From a virus (taxonomy: Duplodnaviria; Caudoviricetes), in the IMG/VR virus record IMGVR_UViG_3300036845_000049, positions 1,816 to 65,815 of that record: a stretch of 64,000 nt of DNA. One strand, 5' to 3'. The position numbers and the translations under genes were made by a program. Shown in pieces: positions 38,321 through 48,057 of this stretch (position 1 is its first letter; every line of letters begins with the position of its first letter). Under the pieces are notes generated by a model. The model searched no databases, had not been told where the DNA came from, and worked only from the letters and a program-made list of their open reading frames with translations.

Positions 38321-39703
38321 ATGCCCGCAACCCAAGTATTCGACCAGTCGCCAGTCGCAGGCGAGATAGAACTGTGGCCACAACTTAAGCTTAGCCCGCA
38401 GCACGAGCGGCAGTGGGCTGAGTTTAAAGCCTGCATGCTGTGGGCTGTGCCATCGTTCAGCGACATATGGCTGGCGATGATGGTGGACAAGTATTGCGAC
38501 CATGCATGGTTCACCGATCAGATACCAACGGCGGCGACCGACGACAAGTATCTGTACATCAATGCCGAATGGTTCTTCAAGTTGACGCTTGACGAGCAGT
38601 TGTTCGTCGCCTGCCATGAGGTGGAACACGCCATGTATGGTCACGCTGGGCTGGGTTACTCTCTGAGTAAGGAGGGTAAGGTTCGCTACAGCGATGGTGT
38701 TGTCCTGCCGTACGACAGCGAACTGATGAACGTGGCGATGGACTACGTTATCAACGATCAGCTTGTCCAAGCCAAGATCGGCAAGATGCCTGAGGGTGGA
38801 TGCCATTGGCCTAGAGTTGTCAACGGCGACATGGGTGTGCTGGATGCGTATCGCGCCTGCTATAAGCGCAAGCCGCCCCCGCCGCCGCGTGGTGGGAGCA
38901 GCAACGGTGAAGGTGAAGGCAAGGGCGGTAAAGGCAACCAGCCGGGTAACCCACAGGGTAATCCATGCAATGGTCCCGGCCAGCCGTTCGACAAGCTGTT
39001 GCGCCCCGGCCAAGGCCGAGGCAAGAGCGCCAACAAGGCTGTGAGTGAGCGCAGCCAAAGCGAGTGGGACACAACTGTCACGGCGGCGATGGAAGCGGCG
39101 AAATTGCGTGGGCAGTTGCCAGCCAATCTTGACCGGGCATTCAACAAGCGCCTGCAACCCAAGGCAGACTGGCGTGATCTGTACATGCTGGCGGTTAGCA
39201 GGAAGATCGGCAATGACCGTTATACTTGGGATATTCTTAATCAACAGTTGGCTTATCGGGGTATTGGTGCACCGGGGCGAACTTCGTATGGCTGCGATCT
39301 TGTTGTTATTGCTGTTGATACTAGCGGCAGCATTAACCAAAGAACTCTCGACGTGTTCTTAGCCGAGACGAGCGCTCTGTTGGAGCAGGCGAAGCCGAAG
39401 CGCGTCATCTTCGCGCAGTGCGACGCCAAGATACATGAGTGGGACGCTATCGAAGGCACCGACGACTTGTTTGGGCGCAAGCTTAAGGGCGGTGGCGGCT
39501 CGCGTACTGAGCCAGTGTTTGAACGTATCGATGAGGAAGGGCTTGTCCCCGATATGCTTGTGTACCTCACAGATGGGTACATATCCTATCCCGATCATGC
39601 GCCAAGCTTCCCAGTCGTGTGGGGGTTCGTTGATAGCGGCGATAACAAGCCGCCGTTTGGCGAGCTAGTAATCGTGCCAGCGCAACATGAGCTTACCCAG
39701 TGA
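38321..39703 (+). CDS. Metallopeptidase-like (HExxH) plus vWA domain protein (DUF2201-like)
   Basis: TAATD, HEVEH, N.A.D.VIN; MIDAS DTSGS, GGG.., YLTDGY. Confidence 0.85.
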   Translation: MPATQVFDQSPVAGEIELWPQLKLSPQHERQWAEFKACMLWAVPSFSDIWLAMMVDKYCDHAWFTDQIPTAATDDKYLYINAEWFFKLTLDEQLFVACHEVEHAMYGHAGLGYSLSKEGKVRYSDGVVLPYDSELMNVAMDYVINDQLVQAKIGKMPEGGCHWPRVVNGDMGVLDAYRACYKRKPPPPPRGGSSNGEGEGKGGKGNQPGNPQGNPCNGPGQPFDKLLRPGQGRGKSANKAVSERSQSEWDTTVTAAMEAAKLRGQLPANLDRAFNKRLQPKADWRDLYMLAVSRKIGNDRYTWDILNQQLAYRGIGAPGRTSYGCDLVVIAVDTSGSINQRTLDVFLAETSALLEQAKPKRVIFAQCDAKIHEWDAIEGTDDLFGRKLKGGGGSRTEPVFERIDEEGLVPDMLVYLTDGYISYPDHAPSFPVVWGFVDSGDNKPPFGELVIVPAQHELTQ

Positions 39704-40062
39704 GTAAGATTGGTAGTTGGCTCAACGTGCATTGGAGGCAGCACATGGATGCACAGCTAAAGCGTTGGATCGAAAAACGCGATGCGCTGTTCACCAACCC
39801 CAACATCGTGGATGCAACAAAGTGGTGGGTCAGTCAGGGTTTACCCAACCCGACTCGACCCACCGTGCCACTCGCCACCGTGCACAAGGCGCGACTGCAA
39901 TGGCTCGACGCCACCGACGAGATGATTGCTGAGAGTATGAAGTGGTTGCTAGACCATGGATATAAAACAACTATGCGAGGCGCACCGCCGATCACGCCAG
40001 AGCAACGTGACGCCGAGCGTGCGTACCTTGGCAAGCCGCCGCTTACCCCGAGGGTAAAATGA
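39700..40062 (+). CDS. Hypothetical protein
   Basis: GTGA coupling inside palindrome. Confidence 0.6.
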   Translation: MSKIGSWLNVHWRQHMDAQLKRWIEKRDALFTNPNIVDATKWWVSQGLPNPTRPTVPLATVHKARLQWLDATDEMIAESMKWLLDHGYKTTMRGAPPITPEQRDAERAYLGKPPLTPRVK

Positions 40063-40466
40063 TTGAAGTCACCAAAGGATTGTATATTAGTTGGCTTCGC
40101 ACTGAGGCGGATAGGGTCGAAGCATTCCGCAGCGCACATAACGACGACAAAGGTTGGGACCGCAGTGCGCGGTTGTTCGACTTGGTGCGCACTATCATCA
40201 AGGCTGTGCACCCTAGTACGCGAATGACAAAATACGCTTACATCGAATTTATCGAGGACGAAGCGACGCGGATCGAGGCGTTCAAAAGCAATAGTGGAAG
40301 TGATCATGGGTGGGACCGCGCCGCTATCCTATTTCATGCCGTACGCGCAACGATCCATTCGGAGCAACTGGCGCGACAGGAAGATCACGAGGCTCGCTAT
40401 CCAAGGCCGAAACACCACGGCGATGCGCAATGGCTCACTGATGGCGGATGGAGTGGCAAGCGTTGA
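40059..40466 (+). CDS. Hypothetical protein with internal tandem domain duplication
   Basis: YI....EA.R.EAF.S....D.GWDR.A.LF..VR..I occurs twice. Confidence 0.7.
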   Translation: MIEVTKGLYISWLRTEADRVEAFRSAHNDDKGWDRSARLFDLVRTIIKAVHPSTRMTKYAYIEFIEDEATRIEAFKSNSGSDHGWDRAAILFHAVRATIHSEQLARQEDHEARYPRPKHHGDAQWLTDGGWSGKR

Positions 40467-40494
40467 GTAAACCAAGCAGTAACCCGGAGGGTAA

Positions 40495-40713
40495 ATGATG
40501 CCTTGTCCCAAATGCGGCGGCGTGTGGACACGTCAAAGCGGCATGCGCCGCTGCAAGAAATGTGGGTATGTGTATGGCACGCAGGATACGCATACCCCAA
40601 TCCCACGCCCAACAATATACGCGTCTACCCATATCGATGAATGGGAGGACGAAACGCTCATACGTGATAAACCGGGGAGGCAAGATACACCACTAAACTT
40701 CGACAATTCGTAG
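40495..40713 (+). CDS. Zn-ribbon small protein
   Basis: CPKC...CKKC; GGAGG RBS inside palindrome. Confidence 0.65.
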   Translation: MMPCPKCGGVWTRQSGMRRCKKCGYVYGTQDTHTPIPRPTIYASTHIDEWEDETLIRDKPGRQDTPLNFDNS

Positions 40714-40714
40714 C

Positions 40715-40880
40715 TCCCCACCAAGGGGTTTTCTCCGGCAGCGGGCGCGGTGGCACCGGCTAGGCATTGGCTCAATGGGTTAGGGATTTTCCTGTTGAGT
40801 GCATGGGCCTTCAAGGTTAGGTTCGGGTCCTTGGTGGGGGCGTTAGTCACTGTCCCCGTGAAACCTAACAAACCACCGTT
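40715..40880 (+). ncRNA. Candidate structured RNA element
   Basis: 11-bp closing stem 40716-40726/40829-40839 with internal hairpins and possible pseudoknot. Confidence 0.4.
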
Positions 40881-40928
40881 TATATTTTCTCTTACCCGTT
40901 GGGTAACAACTTTAGAGTGGTAACCGAC

Positions 40929-41774
40929 ATGAACCGACATTTGGTAGGCCACATAGATACGTGGTTGGATAGGGCGGCTAACTTCGTGATCGCATACATG
41001 CCAGTGGACATTAGTGTTGACATAGCATATGAGGAAATGCTGGCGTGCACTACGATCAACACCGAGGCGATGATCGCCGCGTTCAGCGAAGCCGTGAAGT
41101 ACCTACAACCACAGGGCCAGTTCAAGCGGTTCAACTTCACGCTCCCCGATGGGCGCACCGCTACTATTCAGGCGCGGTTCGCCCCAACATCGAAGTGGCC
41201 GATGTTTCTGATCCCTGAGCAGAACCTTACCATTGACCCCGAGGGTAAGTTCGCCGCACTACTCGACACGCCCTTACGCGTAGCGACCGAGTGGGTGCAT
41301 CTGGAATACATCTGGCAGCAGCTACGCATGGCTCATCATGAGCTGAGCAACGACCAGCTTGTCTATCTCATGCCGTGGATACGTGAGTGTTTGGCTGACT
41401 TTGACATAACCTCCCTGCCGGTTGAAGTGAAGCAGGTTGAACGTAGGGTAATCGACAAAGAACATGCAACTATCATGCGCGATGCGAACGTGCTGTTTTT
41501 CCCGCGCTTGTCCAAGTCGCTCATGGCAGTGGCGCGTTCAGGGCGCGTGCTTATAAGCCAGTATCGAATGATCGACGCTGCGTATGGACACGAACAATTG
41601 GTGCGCTCTCCGCTATCTGTAGATCGTGCCATGGGACTTGTCGAACCATGGGTGAAAGAACACTTCACCGAGGCGATGGACGAATGGACGCTTGACAGAA
41701 ATCATCAAGCCGCACGGCAGTTGGCAGTGATTAGAGCGCGTGACGCTGCTAAGGATAACCCTAAGGGTAAGTAA
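40929..41774 (+). CDS. Hypothetical protein
   Basis: About 281 aa ORF, likely start MNRHLV. Confidence 0.7.
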   Translation: MNRHLVGHIDTWLDRAANFVIAYMPVDISVDIAYEEMLACTTINTEAMIAAFSEAVKYLQPQGQFKRFNFTLPDGRTATIQARFAPTSKWPMFLIPEQNLTIDPEGKFAALLDTPLRVATEWVHLEYIWQQLRMAHHELSNDQLVYLMPWIRECLADFDITSLPVEVKQVERRVIDKEHATIMRDANVLFFPRLSKSLMAVARSGRVLISQYRMIDAAYGHEQLVRSPLSVDRAMGLVEPWVKEHFTEAMDEWTLDRNHQAARQLAVIRARDAAKDNPKGK

Positions 41775-41784
41775 GGAAGCTAAC

Positions 41785-42111
41785 ATGGCCGGGTTCACCT
41801 ATAAGTCGTACAACTTCATTGACAAGGACCCGATCATCGATCAGGTTCGCACCGTCACCACTGGTATGAAGTACGCCATGATCGCTGAGGCGAGCGGCGT
41901 AACCAAGCAAACCATACGCAACATGCTAGACGGCAAGACGAGACGACCACAAGCGGCAACCGTTAACGCCATACTGCGCGCGTGTGGACACAAACTGAGC
42001 ATCCGCCCCATTGCTGAGCTAGAGACAGTCGCGCCGACCATCACCATGCGACACGTAGTGCAGATCGCCAAATATCGCAACCTCAAGAAACAGAAGACGA
42101 AGCGCGCCTAA
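41785..42111 (+). CDS. XRE/Cro-like HTH DNA-binding protein
   Basis: IAEASGVTKQTIRNMLDGKTRRPQAATVNAIL; AAGGA RBS. Confidence 0.8.
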   Translation: MAGFTYKSYNFIDKDPIIDQVRTVTTGMKYAMIAEASGVTKQTIRNMLDGKTRRPQAATVNAILRACGHKLSIRPIAELETVAPTITMRHVVQIAKYRNLKKQKTKRA

Positions 42112-42124
42112 CCCGGAGAGTAAG

Positions 42125-42580
42125 ATGCCAGTAAAATTCAAGCTTGGGTTTACTATTGACGCCGAGACGCTTTTCGGTATAATGTCCAAGTTCTTGCCGG
42201 TAGAGAATTTGGTTGTGGAAGAACTCGCTCCGATGCCTGACCCAGCGATACGGTTTGACAAGCGGTTCGATCTGCCGAAGCCGAAACGTGCGCCGCAAGT
42301 ACGCAAAACAAAGGGCAGCGGCTATGCGATGAACTTGCATGCGGGCGGGAACGCTATCATCATGGCGGTGTTCAGCGACGGCGAGGAACACAGCGTCATG
42401 GAATGTTCGCCCGGCTTGAAGGCGGCTGGATATTCCACCAATGGAACGTTCGGCAGGTTCGAGCGCTTGAAGCGCCACGGGGTATTGGTCCCCCACGGCA
42501 GGGGGAGATGGAAACTTACCCCCAAGGGTAAGGAACTATGGGAGCATCCGCCAAGAGCAGCGCGGGAGAACGCAGCATGA
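42125..42580 (+). CDS. Winged-helix-like protein
   Basis: C-terminal RLKRHGVL....GRWKLTPKG wing motif. Confidence 0.6.
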   Translation: MPVKFKLGFTIDAETLFGIMSKFLPVENLVVEELAPMPDPAIRFDKRFDLPKPKRAPQVRKTKGSGYAMNLHAGGNAIIMAVFSDGEEHSVMECSPGLKAAGYSTNGTFGRFERLKRHGVLVPHGRGRWKLTPKGKELWEHPPRAARENAA

Positions 42581-43164
42581 TCGAAGTGCCTGACCGCATG
42601 AAGCATCTGGACCGCGACCATCGCGGCTATCCGATACCGTTCCTTGTGTTCCGTGATATCGATGGCAAGCCGCACTTCACGATCAACGACGAGCATAAAG
42701 CGCAGCGTTGCAGGACGCATGACGTGTGTGCGATATGCGGCTCGAAGCTATTGCGTGGGCGCTGGTTCGTCGGCGGACCCATGTCAGCGCTCGCGCCACT
42801 GGGCGCATACATCGATCCGCCGCTGCACCACGAGTGCATGCAGTTCGCTCTACAAACATGCCCATACCTTCTCAATGCCAGCTACCAAAAGCCGCTCGAT
42901 GGTAGGACGCTGGACCCTGCGAAGGCACCGGGTGTGATCGGGCTGATTGATAAGACTATGATCCCTGAACGACCAAAGATATTCGTCGGCGTCATGGCGG
43001 TGGGTCAGTTCTACACCGACCGTGGTTATATCGTGCCGAAGAAACCATTCCGCGCCATGGAGTTCTGGCGTGACGGCAAGATGGAACAGCGGTTTGAGCG
43101 CGACCAGATTGCTTTCGCTATGCACCAAGCTGCGATAGCGTTTCAGAAAGCTGGCATGCTGTGA
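42577..43164 (+). CDS. Conserved phage hypothetical Zn-binding protein
   Basis: RGYPIP, CAICG, PPLHHEC..FAL..CPYL. Confidence 0.75.
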   Translation: MIEVPDRMKHLDRDHRGYPIPFLVFRDIDGKPHFTINDEHKAQRCRTHDVCAICGSKLLRGRWFVGGPMSALAPLGAYIDPPLHHECMQFALQTCPYLLNASYQKPLDGRTLDPAKAPGVIGLIDKTMIPERPKIFVGVMAVGQFYTDRGYIVPKKPFRAMEFWRDGKMEQRFERDQIAFAMHQAAIAFQKAGML

Positions 43165-43240
43165 GGATGGGTTATGGAGAGATATATGCAGACAGCCAAC
43201 GAACCAGAAACCAGACATTAACTTACCTACGGGGTAAACC

Positions 43241-45154
43241 ATGCTGCGCATCTTTGGCGACTTCGAGAGCTACTACGACACCATATACTCGCTTAAGAAG
43301 ATGAGCCCCGTCGAATACATACTTGACCCACGGTGGGAGACGTTGGCGTGTTCCGTGGCTATCGACCACGAGCCGCCAATGCTCCTGCCGCAAGACGACA
43401 TAGCAAAGTTTCTTAAAGACATAAAGCAACCGTATTGTTTCATTAGTCACAACGCTCTGTTCGACGCCTGCGTGCTGGCGTACCGCTACGGTATACACCC
43501 GCCCGCGCTGCACTGTACGTTGAGCCTAGCTCGCGCCACGATCTACCACCAGATACCTAACGGCAGGCTGAGCCTTAAGAGCGTGCTTAAGCATCTTGGG
43601 CTGGGCGAGAAGGGCGACTTTATCCACCAGATGCGTGGCAAGCATTGGGCCGACTTAGTTGCTGACCCCGGCCTGATGATGTTGTTCGCTGCGTACGCGC
43701 ACAACGACAGCACTGGGTGCCGCGACATATTCTATTACCTACGCCAATACTTCCCCAACCAAGAAGCCATCGTGATGGATCACGTGATTCGCATGGCGAC
43801 CTCGCCAGTGCTGCAAGTGGACGCGACTGGGCTGCAAGTCTATCGCGAGGAAGTGCGGACGAAAAAAGCTGCCTTACTCTCTAGGGTAACTTTAACGGAC
43901 CCCGGTAGTTTAGCTAGCTCTATCAAGTTCGCCGCTATGCTGCAAGCGTTGGGCGTTGACCCGCCGATGAAGATATCGCCATCTGATCCTGATGGCAAGA
44001 AGATGACATACGCGTTCGCCAAGTCGGACCAAGCTTTCACCGACCTGTTGGAGCATGACGACCCCATGGTGCAAGCGCTGGTATCCGCGCGGCTGGGTAT
44101 CAAATCGACCATAGAGGAAACCCGATCCACTCGGTTTATTAGTATCGCGCTGGCGACCCACGCCAACCTTGGCGCACCCTACATGCCGATACCGCTCAAG
44201 TACAGCGGCGCGCACACACATAGGTATTCGGGCGACTGGCTTCTCAACATGCAGAACCTATCGGCCCGCAAGAGCAAAGCGATGCGCCGCTGTTTGTATG
44301 CGCCCGCAGGCTATACGATTGTGGCCGTGGACGCCGCACAGATCGAGGCTCGCATCGTTGCATGGTTGGCGCAACAGATGGATTTGCTCGACATGTATAT
44401 CATAGGCGAGGACACGTACAAAGCCTTCGCTGCCGACATATTCGGGATTGCACTTACCCTAGTGAGTAAGGTGCACCGGTTCGTGGGTAAGACTTGCATC
44501 TTGGGGCTGGGCTTTGGCATGTCGGCAAGGAAGCTTTTCTTCACCATTCGTACGCTGGCGCGCGAGCAGGGGATTGACCTTGGGTTCGTGTTGACGCTTG
44601 AAATGTGTGAAGCTTGGGTGATGACGTACCGCCGCAAGTTCGGCTACATTCAGCAGCTATGGACCGACTTGAACCACCTTGTTTCGTTGATGGCGCAAGG
44701 GCACGCACAGGACTATAGGGTTGGGCCATGCATCGTGGATGGTACAACTGTCATACTTCCGAGCGGCCTGCGGTTGTTCTACGATAACTTGCGGTTTGAA
44801 GTTAACCCACAGGGTAAGGGCAACTACGTTTATGACCAAGCCCAGTTCACTAAGCGTCTATACGGCGCGAAATTACTTGAAAATATCGATCAGGCGCTCG
44901 ACCGGCAGCATGTCGTTGAAGCTGGGCTGCGCACGGAGATGCGAGCGTTGGCGCAGGGCATACCCGACCCACGCGTGTTGCTCAATATTCACGACGAGAA
45001 TGTTTATGCGGTCCCGACCGAATATGCCCCCGCATTAGCTAAGATTGCCTATGAAGAAATGATCCGCAACACGGAGTGGAGTGAGGGCTTACCATTAGCG
45101 GCGGAAGTCAAATTGGGTAAGAACCTAGCAGACATGGTGGAATGGAAGCCATGA
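43241..45154 (+). CDS. DNA polymerase family A with 3'-5' exonuclease domain
   Basis: DFES, HNA.FD, motif A DAAQIEAR, motif B RFVGKTCILGLGFG, motif C IHDE. Confidence 0.92.
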   Translation: MLRIFGDFESYYDTIYSLKKMSPVEYILDPRWETLACSVAIDHEPPMLLPQDDIAKFLKDIKQPYCFISHNALFDACVLAYRYGIHPPALHCTLSLARATIYHQIPNGRLSLKSVLKHLGLGEKGDFIHQMRGKHWADLVADPGLMMLFAAYAHNDSTGCRDIFYYLRQYFPNQEAIVMDHVIRMATSPVLQVDATGLQVYREEVRTKKAALLSRVTLTDPGSLASSIKFAAMLQALGVDPPMKISPSDPDGKKMTYAFAKSDQAFTDLLEHDDPMVQALVSARLGIKSTIEETRSTRFISIALATHANLGAPYMPIPLKYSGAHTHRYSGDWLLNMQNLSARKSKAMRRCLYAPAGYTIVAVDAAQIEARIVAWLAQQMDLLDMYIIGEDTYKAFAADIFGIALTLVSKVHRFVGKTCILGLGFGMSARKLFFTIRTLAREQGIDLGFVLTLEMCEAWVMTYRRKFGYIQQLWTDLNHLVSLMAQGHAQDYRVGPCIVDGTTVILPSGLRLFYDNLRFEVNPQGKGNYVYDQAQFTKRLYGAKLLENIDQALDRQHVVEAGLRTEMRALAQGIPDPRVLLNIHDENVYAVPTEYAPALAKIAYEEMIRNTEWSEGLPLAAEVKLGKNLADMVEWKP

Positions 45155-45672
45155 CCTTACAGTGTGCAAGCTGTAGAGTTCGCGTGTTTGCTGGCTTCCC
45201 GCCATGGGAGAACTGTGTTACATGTCAAACTTTCAACGAAATGGAGGCAGGTAAACGTGCCCTCGTTGAATATCAACCAACAGAGGACGAGAAACGTAGG
45301 TCTGCATATCTGGCAATCCGTCAAGCTACCTATTCATATGCGCCCCGCAAACCAGCGTGGACTAAGCCGCATGTGTGGTGGCCCATGCGGGAGAGTTATG
45401 AACGTGAGCGCGACTGGAATACATATTATCCTTCATCGGGTATTGATGCCTACAAACGCATGGGGGAACATTGGCCAGATCGCAGTCATCAATTATCCTA
45501 CGAGTGTTTTGCAGACTTCACTTACTCTAAAGAGTTACGCGATAAAATGCAGACGCAACTCGATATAGAGTTCGATCTAATGCCGGAAGAAGATGGTGTT
45601 GGTGACAACGAGCATCTGGCATTTATGTGGAAGATACGAAGCAAGAAAAAGAAAAAACAACACAACCTATAA
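45151..45672 (+). CDS. Hypothetical protein with N-terminal CxxC pairs
   Basis: ATGA coupling to polymerase. Confidence 0.55.
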   Translation: MTLQCASCRVRVFAGFPPWENCVTCQTFNEMEAGKRALVEYQPTEDEKRRSAYLAIRQATYSYAPRKPAWTKPHVWWPMRESYERERDWNTYYPSSGIDAYKRMGEHWPDRSHQLSYECFADFTYSKELRDKMQTQLDIEFDLMPEEDGVGDNEHLAFMWKIRSKKKKKQHNL

Positions 45673-45699
45673 GCGAGTGAAATACAACTACTAGTATAC

Positions 45700-45728
45700 T
45701 TGACAACTCGTTACGCTCGTGTTACATA
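45700..45728 (+). promoter_or_regulatory. Sigma70-like promoter
   Basis: TTGACA-N17-TACATA. Confidence 0.65.
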
Positions 45729-45754
45729 TGTTTACGGTCAAGGGGCCTATATAG

Positions 45755-46075
45755 GTGAGTAAAATGGTAAACTTTGTGACCGTGGAACCGGATGTTGACG
45801 TTCCCGCCGACGAGAAGACGCTTATCCTTGCGTTCGGGGTAACTCCCATGGAAGCTAGGTTTATGCAGGCGATGCTTAACACCACCGATTGGATCGGCAA
45901 GGATGAACTACCAGAGATTAAATACAGCATTCGCCAAGTCATCTACACGCTACGCACGAAGCTAGAGAAGCGCAAGATTTGGGTGATTAACGATGGCAAT
46001 GGACGATATTCTATCCCGCCTGCGTGCAAAGAAATTATTAGACAAACAATCGAAACCATCTTACCCACAGAGTAA
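45755..46075 (+). CDS. Winged-helix (OmpR C-terminal-like) DNA-binding protein
   Basis: TPMEARF..., SIRQVIYTLRTKLE....IN...GRY. Confidence 0.7.
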   Translation: MSKMVNFVTVEPDVDVPADEKTLILAFGVTPMEARFMQAMLNTTDWIGKDELPEIKYSIRQVIYTLRTKLEKRKIWVINDGNGRYSIPPACKEIIRQTIETILPTE

Positions 46076-46523
46076 CCCACCGACGCTGAGAGATTATCAA
46101 GTGGCGTTAGGCGATCCGAACGATTTTGGTGCTCTTGCTAACATTGTAGGCACGCCGGATATGTGGTCAAATATTATCAAATCGCAGGCTGAGCAAGATA
46201 TAACGCGCCAAATGGCGCAGGCGCAGATGAACGCAAATGTGCAACAAGCACAGCACTTCCCAGCGCCAGTAACGCCACCCAACCGGCCATCCACCGGGGC
46301 AACCCTATCGCAGCGCGCCCGCGAGATGTTCCTCAAGCGCATGGGCGGGCTGCGCGCTGAGATGACGATTGCGGCAGAGGATTATCTTCACTGCCATATC
46401 TTTGGCGATAAGGTGTATCTGTTCTATTGTTTCGCTGGGCGCGATGGGTGTGTGAAGGAAGATATCGACCTGTTCCCGAGCGATCAGTTGATAACCCAAT
46501 TCAGGATGGTGCTGGCTACATGA
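45993..46523 (+). CDS. Hypothetical protein (start uncertain)
   Basis: C-terminal LFPSDQLITQFRM motif. Confidence 0.55.
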   Translation: MAMDDILSRLRAKKLLDKQSKPSYPQSNPPTLRDYQVALGDPNDFGALANIVGTPDMWSNIIKSQAEQDITRQMAQAQMNANVQQAQHFPAPVTPPNRPSTGATLSQRAREMFLKRMGGLRAEMTIAAEDYLHCHIFGDKVYLFYCFAGRDGCVKEDIDLFPSDQLITQFRMVLAT

Positions 46524-46936
46524 TCTGCGAAGTATGCGACGGCTCTGGTCACTACTGGAATACGCTGCTAGAGCAAACTTTCTATTGTCCAAACTGTCTT
46601 ACTCTATGGGTAACGCCAATGATAACGAGGGTTGAACACCGGGACAAGGGTTGGTACATCTGCAAATATGACACAGCGGAGAATATGCGGTCTGGTTTTG
46701 TGGGAGTAATAACTGGCCCATATGACACCGAGGCAGGGGCGAAACGGGCGCTTGCCGAAACGACCGACGATAAAGAGAACACTGGCCTGACTACGAGGAA
46801 AGTCTATGACCCTAGCCGCGACCCCACCCCAGCCACCTTCAAAGTTAACCTCGACGCCGGTATCCCAACCGACAACGACGAAGATATGTCAGAAGTGCAA
46901 ATCGGTGAAGTTAGTAGTGGAGTTTCGTCTACGTAA
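46520..46936 (+). CDS. Hypothetical Zn-finger-containing protein
   Basis: CEVCDGSG..CPNC; GPYDTEA.A motif. Confidence 0.5.
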   Translation: MICEVCDGSGHYWNTLLEQTFYCPNCLTLWVTPMITRVEHRDKGWYICKYDTAENMRSGFVGVITGPYDTEAGAKRALAETTDDKENTGLTTRKVYDPSRDPTPATFKVNLDAGIPTDNDEDMSEVQIGEVSSGVSST

Positions 46937-47363
46937 ATCATTCGTAACAGGGGAACACTATCGGGGACGAGTATGTAAGCGCTGCCACCAAGACACAGCC
47001 AATGCACGCAAGCAAAATAGCTATCCGGCACGAAAGAAAGCACGAGATGCTACAGCACGGTGGAGAGAAAACAACCCAGAGAAACATCGTCAGCTTGCAC
47101 TGCATTATGCTCGCATGCGAAAGTTTGGGATCACTCTGGCGGAAAGAGACGAACTGCTTGCAGCGCAAGGGAATGTTTGCGCTATCTGCCAAGGGGACAA
47201 TTCTGGGAGTAAGCGGGACTGGCACATAGATCACTGCCATAAGAGCAATCAGATACGAGGCATTCTATGCCATCCATGTAACCTACTGCTAGGGTTTGCG
47301 AAGGAAGATACCCATGTCCTTGAACGCGCAATCAGCTATATCAAAGCCCATGAAAGCGACTAA
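46806..47363 (+). CDS. Endonuclease VII-like (HNH) free-standing endonuclease
   Basis: Q.NVCAIC...HIDHCH...IRGILCHPCNLLLG. Confidence 0.85.
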   Translation: MTLAATPPQPPSKLTSTPVSQPTTTKICQKCKSVKLVVEFRLRKSFVTGEHYRGRVCKRCHQDTANARKQNSYPARKKARDATARWRENNPEKHRQLALHYARMRKFGITLAERDELLAAQGNVCAICQGDNSGSKRDWHIDHCHKSNQIRGILCHPCNLLLGFAKEDTHVLERAISYIKAHESD

Positions 47364-48057
47364 CTTTTCATGGTCCTATAGTAAGCTCAAAAATTTTGAA
47401 ACCTGTGCCCGGAGGTATAAAGAGATTGATGTTGACAAGACTATAGAACAACCCCGGTCTGCCGAGTTGGATCGGGGCGACGATCTGCATGCTGCAATGC
47501 AGAGACGGGTGCAGGGTACGACACCACTTCCTCCGCAGTTCATATATATGGAACCATGGGCAGAGAAGTTAACCCGCGTCCTGCACCCGTTCCAGATTAT
47601 TCAGTGCGAGCTAAAGCTGTCCATGAACAAGGCAGGGTTACCCACTGGGTACTTCGACAAGACGACTTGGTATCGCGCCAAGATAGATTACTTCCGCTTG
47701 ATGCCGACCGGGGTTGATGGCGTGGACTACGGGCATATCGTTGACTATAAGACCGGCAAGCCGCCAAGGTTCCCTGACAACACGCAACTCATGCTCAGTG
47801 CATGGACGATCTTCCAGCACTACAAGACAGTGCAGAACGTCCGGGTGGATTATCTATGGACTGAATACAGCGACACGTCGCATGAGAACTATGGGCGTCA
47901 TGAGATGCCCGCGCAGTTGGAGCAACTTACCCCACGGGTAACTGCCCTAGAGACGGCGCATCGCAATGATGACTTCCCGCCGAAGCCTAACGGGCTATGC
48001 TACGAATACTGCGACGTGATTAAGTGTGAGTTCCACGGCAAGAGGTCAAAGCGATGA
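47350..48057 (+). CDS. PD-(D/E)XK (RecB/Cas4-like) exonuclease
   Basis: WSYSKL..FETC, G..LH, KID, VDYKTGK, QL, C-terminal CxxC..C. Confidence 0.85.
   Translation: MKATNFSWSYSKLKNFETCARRYKEIDVDKTIEQPRSAELDRGDDLHAAMQRRVQGTTPLPPQFIYMEPWAEKLTRVLHPFQIIQCELKLSMNKAGLPTGYFDKTTWYRAKIDYFRLMPTGVDGVDYGHIVDYKTGKPPRFPDNTQLMLSAWTIFQHYKTVQNVRVDYLWTEYSDTSHENYGRHEMPAQLEQLTPRVTALETAHRNDDFPPKPNGLCYEYCDVIKCEFHGKRSKR

Noticed and set aside
47350-48057. Cas4 as evidence of CRISPR-Cas
   Set aside because: Stand-alone PD-(D/E)XK nuclease in a standard phage replication module
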